Shown in pieces: positions 15,271-30,720 of a stretch of 64,000 nt of DNA; the stretch's first letter is position 1; the number at the start of each line of letters is the position of its first letter. The notes under the pieces were generated by a model, which ran no database searches, was not told where the DNA came from, and saw nothing but the letters and a program-made list of their open reading frames with translations. Source of the DNA: the human T2T-CHM13v2.0 reference genome, Homo sapiens; NCBI RefSeq assembly GCF_009914755.1, contig NC_060931.1; one strand, given 5' to 3'. The position numbers were made by a program, and so were the translations under genes.

Positions 15271-18076
15271 GATGCATCTTAAAGAACTAGAAAAGCAAGA
15301 GCAAACCAAACCCAAAATTAGTAAAAGAAAAGAAATAATAAAGATCAGAGCAGAAATAAATCAAGTTGGAATGAAGAAAACAATACAAAAGATCAATGAA
15401 ACAAAAAGTTGGTTTTTGAAAAGATAAAATTGACAAACCATTTTCTAGTCTAAGAAAAAAAGAGAAAAGACCCAAATAAATAAAATCAGAGATGAAAAAG
15501 GAGACATTACAACTAATACTGCAGTAATTCAAAGGATCATTAGAGGCTACTATGAGCAACTACATGCCAGTAAATTAGAAAACCCAGAAGAAATGGATAA
15601 ATTCCTAGACACATAGAATCTACCAGGACTGAACCATGAAGAAATCAAAAACCTGAACAGATCAATAACAAATAATGAGATTGAAGCTGTAATAAAGTCT
15701 CCAAGCAAAGAAAAGCCTGGGACTTGATCACTTCACTGCTGAATTTTACCAAATATTTAAAGAAGAATCTTGCTCAAACTATTCCAAAAGATAGAGGAGG
15801 AGGAAACACTTCCAAATTCATTCCATTAAGCCAGTATTACCCTGATACCAAAACCAAAGACACATCAAAAAATAAAACTTCACGCCAATATCCCTGATGA
15901 ATATTGATGCAAAAATCGTCAACAATCGTCAACTGTCCTGGGGATAGGACAGTCTCTTCTATAAATGGTGCTGGGAAGACTGGATAACCACATGCAGAAG
16001 AATGAAACTAGACTCCTATCTCTTCCTATACAAAAATCACATAAAAATGGATTAAAGACATAAATCTAAGACCTCAAACTATGAAACGACTAAAAGAAAA
16101 CACTGGGAAAACTCCCTAGTACACTGGATAGTGTAAAGATTTATTTAGTAATACCCCATAAGCACAGGCAGCCAAAGCAACTTGAGTAATGCTCCACAAG
16201 CACAGGCAACCAAAGCAAAACTGGACAGATGGGATCACATCAAGTGAAAAAACCTCTGCACAGCAAAGGAAACAATCAACAAAGTGAAGAGATACCCACA
16301 GAATAGGAGAAAATATTTGCAAAGTATTCATCTGACAAGGGATTAATAACCAGAATGTATAAAAAGCTCAAACAACTCTGTAGAAAAAAATTTCAATAAT
16401 CTAACTTTAAATGGGCAAATAGATATAACTCTGAATAGACATTTCTCAAAAAAGACATTCAGACGGCAAACAGGCGTATGAAAAGGTGCTCAACATCACT
16501 GATCATCAGAGAAATGCAAATCAAACCTACAATGAGATATCATCTCACCCAGTTCAAATGGCTTTTGTCCAAAAGACAGGCAATAACAAATGCTGGCGAG
16601 GATATAGGAAAAAGGGAACCCTCATACACACTGTTGGTAGAATTGTAAATTAGTACAACTATTATGGAGAGTAGTTTGGAGGTTCCTTAAAAAGCTGAAA
16701 ATAGAGCTATAATATAATCCAGCAATCCCACTGCTAGGTTTATACCCAAAAGGTAATCAGTGTATCAAATTGATATCCACACTCCCATGTTTATTGCAGC
16801 ACTGTTAACAACAGTGAACATTTGGAAGCAACCTAAATGTCCATCAACAGATGAATGGATTTTTAAAAATGTGGTACCTCTACACAGTGGAGTACTATTC
16901 AGCCATAAAAAGGTGAGATTCTTTCATTTGCAACAACATGGATGGAACTGAAAATCATTATGTTAAGTGAAATAAGCCAGACGTAGAAAGACAAACTTTG
17001 CATGTTCTCACCGATTTGTGGGAACTAAAACTTAAAACAACTGAACTTATAGAGAGTAGAACAACAGCTACCAGAAGGAAGTAACCATTGTTACTGGGAA
17101 GGAAATTGGCAGGGGGCGGGGGGCAAGTGGGAATGGTTAATGAGTACAAAAATACAGTTAAGTAGAATGAATAAGATCTGGTACTTGATAGCACAACAGG
17201 GTAACTACAGTCAACAATAATTTATTGTACATTTACAAATAACTAAGAGTATAACTGGATTATTTGTAACACAATGAAAGGATAAATACTTCAGGTGATG
17301 AACATCCCATTTACCCTGACGTGATTATTATGCATTGTATGCCTGTATCAAAATATCCCATGTACCCCATAAATATATACACCTGTGTACCCACAAAAAT
17401 TAAAAATTAAAAAAATAGACTTAATGGGTGCTGACTATGGCTAGACAGCAAGGAGCCTTACACCAAATACAAGTTTAGTTAGAAGACAGATTTTTATCTA
17501 CTATGAAAGATGGAAACATCTTCCATCTACATGGAAATATTGTGGTCACAGCAAAGATACTCCTCATCCACAATAAGCACATAGTACCCGCCACTCACCC
17601 ACTCCTCTACCTGCCCGCCACCATATCTTAGGTATTTTGTTCTTCCTAACAAAATCTTAAAAGACAGCAATTGGAATGGAATAAGGGGTATTGTTACTGT
17701 GAAAGCAATTATCATGGGGCTTAATGTACTGTATCCGGGAGCCAATTACATTATATTTATACTCAAATGTTATGACAAAGAGCTTTATAACAAGGGTGAA
17801 GTAGTTATGAAGGCAAAATCCATGTGATTATGCATTAATTACATGCACTGTGGATCACATGATAATTATGCTCAAAATTACCAAATAACTCTCAAGAATA
17901 ATTATTATGCAATTTGTACATGTTAGATCTTATGGTAACACTTTAGCACTTAGAACTACCCCATGCAATTATCCATAATTATCTAATCACTAAATATCAT
18001 GTAATTACAGAGATATATTTTTATGCCCTGTACAAAAACACATTACCAAAATCTTCAAATCAGGATGGCTCTGTGC

Positions 18077-18077
<1 letters not shown>

Positions 18078-18119
<42 letters not shown>
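18078..18119. repeat. (TG)n microsatellite
   Basis: About 21 perfect TG units. Confidence 0.95.
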
Positions 18120-18120
<1 letters not shown>

Positions 18121-19262
18121 CGTAGGAAGTCCAGAACATGATGAGAACCACATATTCTGGATGGAATTAAAAGAGCTCAGTAAATATAAGCTATCTTCAT
18201 GAACACACAAATATTTTTTTCACATGCAAATCTAGATTTTTTAAATGTTATAGACGGCAAATTAAAGCAATTGTCATATTTCTAAATCTCAAAAGCCTAA
18301 ATGGCATTACCTGAAGTGAAGAATGATAGGAAAATTCACCATTAGGATGGCCTCCAACTTACTCTAAGCTGCTCTAGTTGGAATATATCACTTAGAGTAT
18401 AGGTCGCTGCAGAAAACAGGCCCCACACTCACTACTATCCAATTTAAGATTAAATGTACTTAATAATAATCAAGTCTATCCCATTTGCCAAAGCAACTTA
18501 AAAACACCCACTATGAAATGTACTTTTGTTTATATAGCTATTTCTGATCCATTCTTGGGAGTATACTCAACTGAAAGCACATTTGCAATGTTAGTATAAT
18601 ATCTATTATTGTGGATTTAGAAATAAGGATATTTTAACCACGCCATTCCTAAAAGGGATTCTCTTAATATTAATATTTATCAGGAAGCAGAAAATCAATG
18701 GCACAAAAAGAACTTTTCATGAAAAATATCATTTATAAAATTTAAATAACTAAAATTTAAAAATTTTTATCTAAAAATCATATAAGTCTGAGTTATGTCA
18801 ACTTTGGGATCTATGATAAAGGCTCAGTTCTTCCAGAACAACAGTTGGTCAACTACTCAGAATCATCTGTACTGGGCAGTCTGAGAGGACCCTGTATACC
18901 TTAGCCCAGCCATCTCAGCCTTCCCGGAAGTCAGAAGAAACTGTGCTCTTAGATATAAAAAACAAACAAAACAATGCAGAGGTATGGGAGTTTAAGCATC
19001 TCCTATGAACTTCTGTCCGTGGCATATCTTGGAGAAAATATAACCCTGGGAAGAAGGAATCCACTCCCAGAGATGACATACGTCTTCCCACTAAGTACAA
19101 CTAAAATCTCTGAGCATACGTAAAACAAGCATAAGACTCTGAAGGATGGCAATACGAAGGCAGAGCAGAGAAGGACATGGTGGTGGATTCCCTGGGTTTT
19201 CTTTTTGCCTCAGGTACCTCAGACTTGGAGTCAAAGAGGCCGCAATCCGGAAACACCAGCGT

Positions 19263-19264
<2 letters not shown>

Positions 19265-19295
<31 letters not shown>
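19265..19295. repeat. (CA)n microsatellite
   Basis: About 15 perfect units. Confidence 0.95.
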
Positions 19296-19296
<1 letters not shown>

Positions 19297-21972
19297 CTAA
19301 AGCAGCCTCTCTCTAATCAAGGAGTCAGGAAAGAATCAACTCAGCAAGACAGAAAAATATTAGATATTAACAGCTCTACCCCAGCAAAACACCACAGAAA
19401 AAAGTACAGCCTCTCCCTACCCATGCCAACAAAGGCCAAATGGGGATCTAGACTTCCTCTTTCATGAGGCTGTAATAAGGCCTCCCCTCAGGCCTACCAG
19501 GTAGTGTCAGAGAAGGCCAAGTAGGGATCCAGAACTTTCATCTCCATTGGGTTGTAATTACCACAACCCCTGCAGTGCCAGCAGAGACCATCTGGGAAGT
19601 TGAAACTCCCACCCCTCTCCCTAACCAATCAGTAAAAAGACCCCACCTTCAGGTATCAACAGAGGCCTCCTGGGGAATCTAGACTTCCATCTCCCTGTCA
19701 GTTACAAGGAATCACCACCACCACCCCTTACCCCCAGAAGAGGAGTGTCCAAAAAGAGACAGTTAAAATGCAAGGTTTAAATGAGATCCAGAATCATGAC
19801 ATAATACAAAAATGTCCAGATTTCAAAAGAAAATAACTGGTTATACAAAGAACAAAGAAGATCACAAAATAAATAGAAAAGAGACAATCCACAGAAACCA
19901 ACACTGAGATGACCGAGATGTTAAAATTGCCTGAGAAAGATTTTAAACCAGTTACGATAAAAATGCTTCAATGAGCAATTATGAACACACTTGAAACAAA
20001 TGAAAAAGTAGGATGTCTCAGAAAATAGATGATGTAAATAAAAGCCAAATTGAAATATTATTACTGAAAGATACAATAACCAAAATAAACAACTCAGTGG
20101 ATGCACATAACAGAAGGATGGAGAGACAGAGGAAAGAATCAGTGAAGTGAGGATAAAACAGTAGGAATTACTCAATGTCAACAACACAGAGAAAATAGTA
20201 GAAAAACATGATAAAGCTTCAGCAACTGCGGGGCTATAACCAAAGATATAATATTCATGCTATCAGAGTTTCAAAAAGAGGAGTGAAAGAAGACAAGATG
20301 ACAGGTCTGAAAAGGTACTCAGAAAAATAATGGCTGAAAACTTCTCAATTTTGGAAGAAACATGAACCTAAAACTTTAAGAAGCTAAGCATACCCCAAAC
20401 AGGGTAAACCCAAATCTCCTCCAAGACACATAATAATTAAGTTTCTGAAAACTTACAAAGAAAAATCTTAACAGCAGCCAGAGAAAAATGACAACTTACC
20501 TACAAGGAAAACACAATTCAAATGACAGGGGATTTCTTATCAGAAACAATGGAGGCCACAAGGAAACAGCACATTTTTCAAGTGCTGAAAGAAAAATATG
20601 TCAACCCAGAATCCCACAAGTCTATCAATCCAGATACCCAGTGAAGTTATCCTTCAGGAATCAGGGGGAAATAAAGATATCCCCAGAAAAAGGAAAATTG
20701 TGTTTTTCACCAGACCAACTCTGAAAGAATTACTAAATTTATGTCTCCATATAGAAGAGAAATATAAAAAAAGGAATTTTGGAGCATCAGGAAGAATGCA
20801 AGAACATGGCAAGCAACAACCTGAGTAAGTACAATAAGCATTCCTTGAGTTTTATGCTTGACAGTTCAATTAAACACCATACTACTGTCTTATGTCATTT
20901 TAAATGCACATAGAGGAAATATTTAAACAATTATAATATAAATGAGGGGCATAAGTAAAATGTCATAAAGGAAGGTAAAGTTTCTATATTTCACCCAAAC
21001 TGGTAAAATTATGACACCAGTAAACTTTAATGTTATGAATATGTATATGAATATTATATCTAGAACAATAAATAAAAGAAAGCTATCAAAGACATACACT
21101 CAAAAACATAGATAAAGTGGATTTCCAAAATCATTAAAGTAACTCAAAGGAAGGGAGAAAGAAACAAAGAAACAAAAAATACAAGAACAAGTAGAAAATA
21201 CAAAATTAAATGAGTTTTAAATCCTAACATGTTAATAATTACATTAAATGTAAATGGGCTAAATATGACAATGAAAACACTGGCTGAGTGGGTTTTTTTT
21301 AAAAAAAGACTCAACTATACACTATATGAAGCTCACTTTGAATAAAATGATATAGGATGGTTGAAAGTAAAAATATTTTTAAAAATATATCATGTAAGTA
21401 TTAATCAAAGGATGGAAGCAATAGCTATATTAATATCAGATAAGTTAACATTTAGAGTAAAGAAAATGGCTACAGAGAAGGGAATTACAGAGTTATAAAT
21501 AGGTCAACCCACTAAGAAGATACAGCAATCCTATATATGAATTATATAGATAGAGCAACTAAACAAAAAATCAACAAAGATAGAAAAGAACTCAACAATA
21601 CCATTAATCAACAGGATCTAATGAACATTTATGGAACACTGTACCCAACAAGAGCAGAGTATATGTTCTTTTCAATTGCTCATAGAACACAAACCATGAT
21701 AGACTTAATGCTGGGCCATAAAACAAACTTCAGCAAAATTATAATCATTCAGAGTGTGTTCTCTGACCACAATATAGTCAAGGTAGAAATCAATAACAGA
21801 AAGATAATGGGGAAATATAACAACATGTTATAAAATAATCCATGGGTCAAAGAGAAGATAATACATTACATGTAATTAAAATAAAAGCACAACATATCAA
21901 AATTCATGGCACATACAGTTAAAACTGTGCTAAGTGAAATTTTTAGCACTAAATGCTTACATTAAAAAAGAG

Positions 21973-24900
21973 GGCCCTACTGGAGCACTTTTGCCAGTGG
22001 CCCCCACCCACCCTGCCAGGGCACTTTTGCCAGCAACCACCAATGGGGCAGTTTAGCTGGTGGCCCCTGATAGAGTGCTTTCACCAGCAGCCTAGCTGCA
22101 CCTTGACCTCCCAGTGAAGCTGGTACTAAAGCTCAAGGGGCCAGAGGAAAAAGCCACAGGCCTGGTCCCAGGTCACCAGGGTTAGAGCATACAGCCCAGG
22201 AGTTCCAAGCTGAACCTCGGCCCTATGAAAAAATTCAGAAACAAAGCCAATCAACTATATCCAACTTACACAACAGCAAAACTCTTATGAGAAATAACGA
22301 ACATAAAAACAAAAAGCCCTATCCCCAGGACAGCAACTTCAAAAGGATAAAAGAACATCAGCACTCACAGATGAGAAAACAGCACAAGAACTCTGGCAGT
22401 TCTAAAAGCCAGAGTGTCTTTTTACCTACAAATGAACACACTAGCTACCCAGCAATGGTTCTTAATCAAACTGAAATGACTGAAATGACAGACATAGGAT
22501 TCAGAGTCTAGATGGCAAGGAAGCTCAATGAGATACAGGAGAAAGTTGAAACTCAATCCAAGGAAATGATTTGAGAGTTGAAAGACAACATAGCCATTTT
22601 AAGAATAACCAAACTGAACTTCTGAAATTTAAAATTCAATATAAGAATTTCATAATAAAATTGGAAGCATTAACATCAGAAGAGACCAAGCTGAGAGAAG
22701 AATTTTAGAGCTTAAAGGCAGTTCTTTCAAATCAACACAGGCAGACAAAAATAAAGAAAAAAGAGTGTTAAAAAATGAATAAAACCTCTGAAAAGTATGG
22801 GATTATGTAAAGTGACCAAAACTATGACTCACTGGCATTTCTGAAAGAGAAGGAGAGAGAGTAAGCAACTTGGAAAACATAGTTGAGGATACAGTCCATG
22901 AAAATTTTCCCAATCTCACTAGAGGTTGACATGATATTCAAGGAATTCAGAAAACCCCTGTGAGATACTATATAAGATGACCATCCCCAAGGCATATGGT
23001 CATCAGATTCTCCAAGGTTGTTGTGAAAGAAAAACTCTTAAAAGCAGCTATAGAGAAAGGGCAGGTCAGTTACAAAGAGAACCCACCAGGCTGATAGCAG
23101 ACATGTCAGAAAAAAAGCTTACAAGCCAGAAGAGACTGGGGGCCCTATTTTCAGCATCCTTAAAGAAAAAAAATTCCAATCAAGGATTTCATATCCCACA
23201 AAACTAAGCATCATAAGCAAAGAAGAAATAAAATCATTTTTAGACAAGTGAACACTAAAGAAATTCACTATCATTAGACCCGCTTTACAAAGGTCCTTAA
23301 GGGAGTGCTAAACATGGAAACAAGAAAGATACCTGCCTCCACAAAAACACAAATACGTAGCTCACTTGCACTATAAAGCAACTATACAATCAAGTTTACA
23401 TGAAAACCAGCTAACAACACAAATGACAGGATTAAATCCTTACATATCAATATTAACCTTGAATGTAAACAGGCTAAACACCCACTTAAAAGGCATAGAT
23501 TGACAAGTTGGATAAAGAGGCAAGACCCAACTGTCTGCTGTCTTCAAGAACCCATCTCACATGTAATGACACACTTTGGCTCAAAGTAAAGGGATGGAGA
23601 AAGATCTATCTTGTAAGTGGAAAACAACAAAGAGCAGAGGTTGCTATTCTTATATCAGATGAAGCAGATTTTAAACCAGCAATGATCAAAAAGAACAAAG
23701 AGGGGCTTTACATAATGAAAAAGGGTTCAATTCAACAAGAAGACTTAACTACCCTAAATATTTATGCACCCAACATTGGGGCACCCAGATTCATAAAACA
23801 AGTTCTTAGAGACCTATAAAGAGACATAAACACAATAATAGGGGGAGATTTCAATATCCCATTTGACAGCATTAGACAGATCATAGAGGCAGAAAACAAA
23901 GATATTCTGGACTCAAACTCAACCCTTGATCAACTGGGTCTTCTAGATGTCTACAGACTACCCAACAACAACAGAATATATATTCTTCTTATCTGCACAT
24001 GACACATACTCTAAGATCAGCCACATGCCATAAAGCAAGTCTCAAAAAAATCCAAAGAAAATTGAAATCATACCAACCACTCTCTTGGCCCACATGTAAT
24101 ATAAATACAAATAAAAAACAAGAAGATCTCTCAAAACTATCCAGTTACATCAAAATTAAACATTTTGCTCCTAGATGACTTTTGGGTAAAGAATGAAATT
24201 AATGCAGAAATCAAAAAATTATTTGAAACTAATGAAAACTGTGACACAACATACCAGAATATTTGGGACACAACTAAAGCAGTGTTAAAAGGAAAGTTTA
24301 TAACACTAAACAACTACATCATAAAGTTAGAAAGATCTCAAATTAACAACATAACATTACACCTGGAAGAACTAGAAAAAAAAAGAACAAACCAATCCCA
24401 AAGCTAGCAGAAGAAAAGAAAAAATCAAAATCAGAGCAGAACTGAATGAAATTGGGACACAAAAACACAAACAAAAGAAAGTTCATTTTTTGAAATAATA
24501 AATAAGATTGGTAGACCACTAGCTAGATTAACAAAAATAGAAGACCTAAATAAGCACAATAAGAAATGACAACGGTGATATTACAAGAAAACCTTTTAGG
24601 TTTTCTGGGTTTTTTCCATTTCTTCTAGAACACCTTGAAGAAATAAATAAATTCCCAGAAACATACAACCTTGCAATATTGAACCAGGAAGAAATTCAAA
24701 TCCTGAACAGATGAATAATGACTTTCAAAATTGAATTGCTAATAAAAAAAAAACCTACCAACCAAAAAAGCCCGGAACCAGACAAATTCACAGCTGAATT
24801 CTACCAGACATAGAAAGCAGAGCTAGTAACAATCCTACTAAAATTACTTCAAAAAACCAAAAAGTAGGAACTCCTCCCTAAATCATTCTATGACACTAAA

Positions 24901-27592
24901 CAGAATTGAAAACAGAAACCATATGATCATCTTAATAGATACAGGAAGGGCTTTCAATAAAATTCAACATCCCTTCATGTTAAAAACCTTCAACAAATTA
25001 GGCATCAAAGGACAAAGATAAAAGGAATATGCCTCAAAATAATAAGATCCATCAATTACAAACCCAAAGGCAACATCATATTGAACAGGCAAAAGTTGGA
25101 AGCATTTCCTGTGAGAACTGGAATGAAACAAAATGCCCACTCTCATCACTCCTATTCAACATAGTATTGGAATTCCTAGCCAGAGCAGTCAGGCAAGGGA
25201 AAGAAATAAAAGGTATCCAAATAGGAAAAGAGGAAGTCAAATTATCTCTCTTCATAGATGATATACTATACATAGAAACCCCTAAAAACTCTGCCAAAAG
25301 ACTTCTAGAACTAATAAATGACTTCAGTAAAGTTTCAGGAAAAAAATATCAATGTATAAAAACCAGTAGCATACAATTCACTTACCCTTAGCAAACCAAA
25401 ACAAAAACTAAAAAACTAATATCATTTCTACACATCAATAATTTCCAAGCTGAAATCCAAATCAAGAATGCAATCCCATTTACAACATGTACAAAAAGAA
25501 TAAAATACCTAAGGTTATAGCTAACCAAGAAAGTGAAAGATCTCTACAAGAATTAAAAAACACTGCAGAGATAATACAAACAAATGGAACAACATTCCAC
25601 GCTCATGGATAGGAAGAATCAATATTGTTAAAATGGTGACATTACCCAAAGCAATTTACAGACTCAATGCTATTCCTATCAAACCACCAGCATCATTTTT
25701 CACAGAATTAGAAAAAAAAAAGAATTATAAAATTCATATGGATCCAAAAAAAAAAAAAGGCTGAATAGCCAAAGCAACCCTAAGCAAAAAGAACAAAGCT
25801 GGAGGAATCACACTACCTGACTTCAAAATATACTATAAGGCCATAGTAACCAAAACAGCATGGTACTGGTACAAAAACAGACACATAGACCAATGGAACA
25901 GGTTAGAGAAACCAGAAATAAAGCCACACACCTACAAACATCTGATCTTCAACAAAGTCAACAAAAACAAGAAATGGAGAAAGGACTCCCTATTCAATAA
26001 ATGGTGCTAGGATAGCTGGTTAGCCGTATGCAGAAGATTGAAACTTGACTCCTTCCTTTTACCATATACAAAAATCAATTTAAGATGGCTTAAAGATTTA
26101 AATGTAAGACCTAAAACCATAAAAACCCTAGAAGAAAATGTAGGACACACCACTCTGGACACAGGCCTTAGCAAAGATTTAATGATGACATCTCCAAAAG
26201 CAACTGCAAGAAAAAAAAAAAGACAAGAGGGACCTAATTAAACCAAAGCGCTTCTGAACAACAAAAGCAACTATTAACAGGTAAATAGACAACCTATAGG
26301 GTAGGAAAAAATATTTGCAAACTATGCATCTGCATTAGTCCATTTTCACACTGCTGATAAAGACACACTTGAGACTGGGTAAACTAAAAGAGCAAGAGGT
26401 TTAATGGACCCACAGTTCCATGTGGCTGGGGAGGCCTCACAATCATGATGGAAGGTGAAAAGCACGTCTTACATGGCAGCAGGCAAAAGAGAGAATGAAT
26501 GCCAAGCGGAAAGGGTTTCCTTCGGATCCATCAGATCTCATGAGACTTATTCACTAACATGAGAATAATATGGGGGAAACTGCCCCATGAGTCAATTATC
26601 TCCTACCAGGTCCCCTCCCACAAGACGTGGAAATTATGGAAGCTACAATTCAAGATGAGATGTGGGTGGGGACACAGCCAAACCATATCAGCATCGAAAA
26701 GAAATTTAATATCCAGAATCTGTAAGGAACTTAAATTATTCAACAAGAAAAAAGCAGCCCCATTAAAAAATGGGTAGGAGACATGAACAGACACTTCTTA
26801 AAAGAAGACATAGAAGCGGCCAAGAAACGTAGGAAAAATGTTCATCATTAGTAATCATCAGAGAAATGCAAACCAAAACCAAAATGAGATACTATTTCAC
26901 ATGAGCCAGAATGAATATTTTTAAAAAGTCAAAAAATAACAGATGTTGACAAGGTTGCAGAGAACAGGGAATGCTTATACACTGCTGGTGGGAATGTAAA
27001 GTAGTTCAGCTGGTGTAGAAAGCAGTTTGGAAATTTCTCAGAGAACTTAACACAGAACTACCATTCGACCCAGCAATCCCAGTATGGGCATATAGCCAAA
27101 GGAAAATAAATCATCCTACCAAAAAGACACAAGCACCTGTACATTCATCACGGTATTATTCACAATAGCAAAGACATGGAATCAACCTAGATACCCACTG
27201 ATGATGGACTGGAAAAAGAAAATACGGTACACATACACCATGGAATACTACACAGCCATAAAAATAATGAAATCATGTCCTTTGCAGCAACATAGATGCA
27301 GCTGTAGGCCATCATCCTAATCAAATTAATATAGGAACAGAAAACCAAATACTGCGTGTTCTCACTTATAAGTGGAAACTAAACACGGAGTACACACAGA
27401 CACAAAAATGAGGATGACAGACGCCGAGGACTATGAAAGGCAGAGGGTGGGAGGAAGACGTGGGTTGAAAAGCTATAAGGGACTAGGTTCACTACCTGGG
27501 TGGCAGGATTGTTATCACACCAAACTGTAACAACACACAATTCACCCATGCATATGTACCCTCAAACCGAAAACAAAAGTCAAAAGAAAAAT
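21973..27592 (+). mobile_element. L1PA15/16-like element nested in the older L1
   Basis: 5' UTR repeats (gcacttttgccag), ORF1 and ORF2 remnants, and an L1PA-type 3' end. Residual TSD AAAAGAG (21966-21972 and 27593-27599). Confidence 0.8.
26331..26690 (-). mobile_element. THE1 (THE1B-like) solo LTR nested in L1
   Basis: Ends ...gacacagccaaaccatatca. 5-bp TSD GCATC (26326-26330 and 26691-26695). Confidence 0.92.
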
Positions 27593-30429
27593 AAAAGAGA
27601 AAGTCTCAAATCAATAATCTGAATTCTTCAAGAATCTGTAATAAAGGAGAACACAATAAACCCAAATAAAGTAGAAGAAAATAAATAATAAGGATAAGAA
27701 AAGAAATCAATGTAATTTAAGTGAGAAAAAAGTAGAGAAGATAAATGACAATGAAAGCTGGTTCCTTGAAAAAAATCAGTAAAATTGACAAATCTCTATC
27801 AAGACTAACAAAAAACAAGAGAGAAGACACAAATTATCAATATAAGCAAAGAAACAGGGGAAGTCACTACAGACTCTGCAAACATCAAAAGGATAATCAG
27901 GGAATAAACAACTCTACACACATAAACCTGACAACATAGATGAAATGGATCGACTCCTTGAAATCCACAAGTTACCTCAATTCATCCAATGTGAAATCAA
28001 TAATTTGAATACTTCTACACTATTAAGGAACTTGAATTAATAATTAAATATCTACCCAGAAAGAAATAATCAGGCCCAGATGGTTTCACCAAAGAATTAT
28101 ACCAAACATTTAAAGAGGAATTAAAACAAATTCCATAAATATCTTCCAGAAAATAGAAGGCGAGGAAACAGTTCCCAATTTATTTTATGTAGCTAATATT
28201 AACCCGATACCAAAAGCAAACAAAGACAGTAAAAAGAAACCTACAGACCAAAATCCCTCACAAATGTAGACACAAAAATCCTTTACAAAATATTAGCAAA
28301 TAAAATCCAGCAATATATGAAAATAATGATACATCATGAGGTTTATTCCAGGAATGAAAGGTTGGTTCACTATTTCAAAACAAATCAATGTAATCCACCA
28401 TATTAATAGGCTAAAGAAGAAAAAAATCACATGATTACAGCAATCGATGCAGAAAAGACATTTAAAAAATTCAACACTCATTCATGAAGAAAACTTTCAG
28501 AAAAATAGAAATCAAGGGGCACTTTATCAAGCTGACAATAAACATCTACAAAACCCCACATTTCACTGTACTTAATGGTGAGTAACCATCAAAAGCTTTC
28601 ACTGAAGACTAGGAACAAAGCAAGGATGTTTGCTCTCACCAATCTTATTCAACATAAAGCTGGAAGTTCCAGCCAGTGCAATAGGGCAAGATAAAAAAAA
28701 AATAAAAGATATGCAGACACAAAGGAAGAAATTAAACTGTACCTACGTCCTATTTCCTGATTATCTACACAGAAAGCCCCAAGGACTCTACAAAAAATAT
28801 AAAAACCTCTCAAACCTAATAAGTTCTTGTACTATATACTAACAATGAAGGCATGAAAACTGAAATTAAAATACTATTTAAAACCACTCAAAGAATACCT
28901 AGGTGTAAATTTAACAAACCACGTACAGGACCTATATGCTGAAACACACACAATGGTGATGAAAGAAACCAAAGATCAAAATAAATGACAGACATACCAT
29001 GTTGGTAGATCAGAAGATTCAACATAATAATGATGTCAACTCTCCCCAGATTGATACAGAGGTTTCACATAATTCCTATAAAAAATCCCAGGGAAATACT
29101 TTGTAGATACAGAAAAGCAAGTTATATGGAAGAGCAAAGGAACTAGAGTAGCTAAAACAATTTGGGAAAATAAAAATAAAGTGGAAGGAGTGATCATATA
29201 TAATTTCAAGTCTTATATAGGTACAATAATCAAGACTGTGTAGTACTGATGAACAGATACAAATAATACAATGGAATAGAAAACCCAGAAATAGATCCAT
29301 AAAAATATGTCCAAGTTATTTTTGACAAAGATGCATAAACAATTTAATGGTAGGAAAATTTGCCTTTTCAACACATGGTCCTGGAGTGATTGGACATCCA
29401 CAGGCAAAAACAGGAACCTCTATGTAAGCTTCACAGTCTACACAAAAGCAACTCATGGACATAAATGTAAAAATGCAAAACTATAAAACTTTTAGAAAAA
29501 AACAACAGAAAATCTTTGGAAGCTAGAGCTAGGCAAAAAGTTCTTAGACTTGACATCAAACATCTTCCATAAAAAGAAAAATTGACAAATTGGCCTTCAT
29601 CAAAATTAAAAACTTTTGCTCTGTGGAAAGGCCCTCTTAAGAGCTGAAAGAATGAGCGCAGAGTTGGAGAAATATTGGCAAACCACGTATCTGACAAAGG
29701 ACTAGTATCAGGAATATACACAGAACTCTCAAAACTAAACATTAAAAACATTCAATTAGAAAAAGGGTGAGAGATGAAAAGACATTTCGACAAAGAGGAT
29801 CTACTGATGGCAAATAACCACACGAAGAGATGCTGACCATCATCTCATCAGGGAAATGTCAATTACACCCACAATGAGATGCCACCACACACCTATCAGA
29901 AAGGCTAAAATAAAAAATAGGGACAACATCAAATGCTGGAAAGGATTTGGATTCAGAAAAACTGTATCACTGTTACTTTTTTTTTTCTTTTTTACTGTGA
30001 ATGTCAAATTTTGTTCTGGAAAATGGTTTGAGAGTTCCTTTAAAAACTAAACATATACTTATCATAAGACACAAAAATTGAACCCCTGACCATTCATCCC
30101 AAAGAAATGAAGACTTATGTTCAAACAAAATCTTGTGTATGAATGTTCACCAGTTTTATTTAGAATAGCCCCAAACTGGGAACCACCGAGTCCCTCAGCA
30201 GGTGGATGGTTATCATGCAGCACCTCTGCACCACGGAGCACCACTTGGTTATGAAGGAAAGAACGATTAGTACACACCACAGCCTCGCTGAATCTCCCCG
30301 GAACTGTGCTGAGGCAAAAAGCCAATTCAAGAAGGATAGATGCTATATAATTTCATCTAGACAACACCTGCATAACCAACTCTTGTGTCCTATGGGAGGC
30401 ACATACGGTTTGAGGGCAGCCACAGCACC

Positions 30430-30720
30430 CATCTTCCTCAAGTTTGCAGTCTAGTGTGGAATGCAGGTACGTAATTAGCTAAGATCCAAGTTGGAGTGCA
30501 ATCATTATATAATAAAGTTATGAGCAAACTGCTAAGGGAATAGAGAAATGAAGAGGTGAATTTGTGTTGGAAAGTTAAGAAAGTTTCATAGAAACAAGTG
30601 GTATTTGAACTAAGACTGGAAAGATAAATAGAATTCTAACAGGTGGGGATGGATTAGGGGAGGAACTCTAAGATAACGGAGTAGCATGGGAAGGGACTTG
30701 GAGCTGTAGCACTGAGTGGT
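30430..30720 (-). mobile_element. L2 LINE fragment
   Basis: L2-like motifs (cagtctagtg; ggtatttgaactaagactggaaagataaatag). Confidence 0.5.

Larger units (their letters stand above)
19040..30370 (+). mobile_element. Old L1 (L1MC/MD-like), split by a younger L1 at ~21973-27592
   Basis: 5' region, ORF1 and endonuclease remnants run to ...aatgcttacattaaaaaagag. ORF2 resumes collinearly at ...aaaagagaaagtctcaaatcaataatc and continues to an L1MC-type 3' region. Confidence 0.75.
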
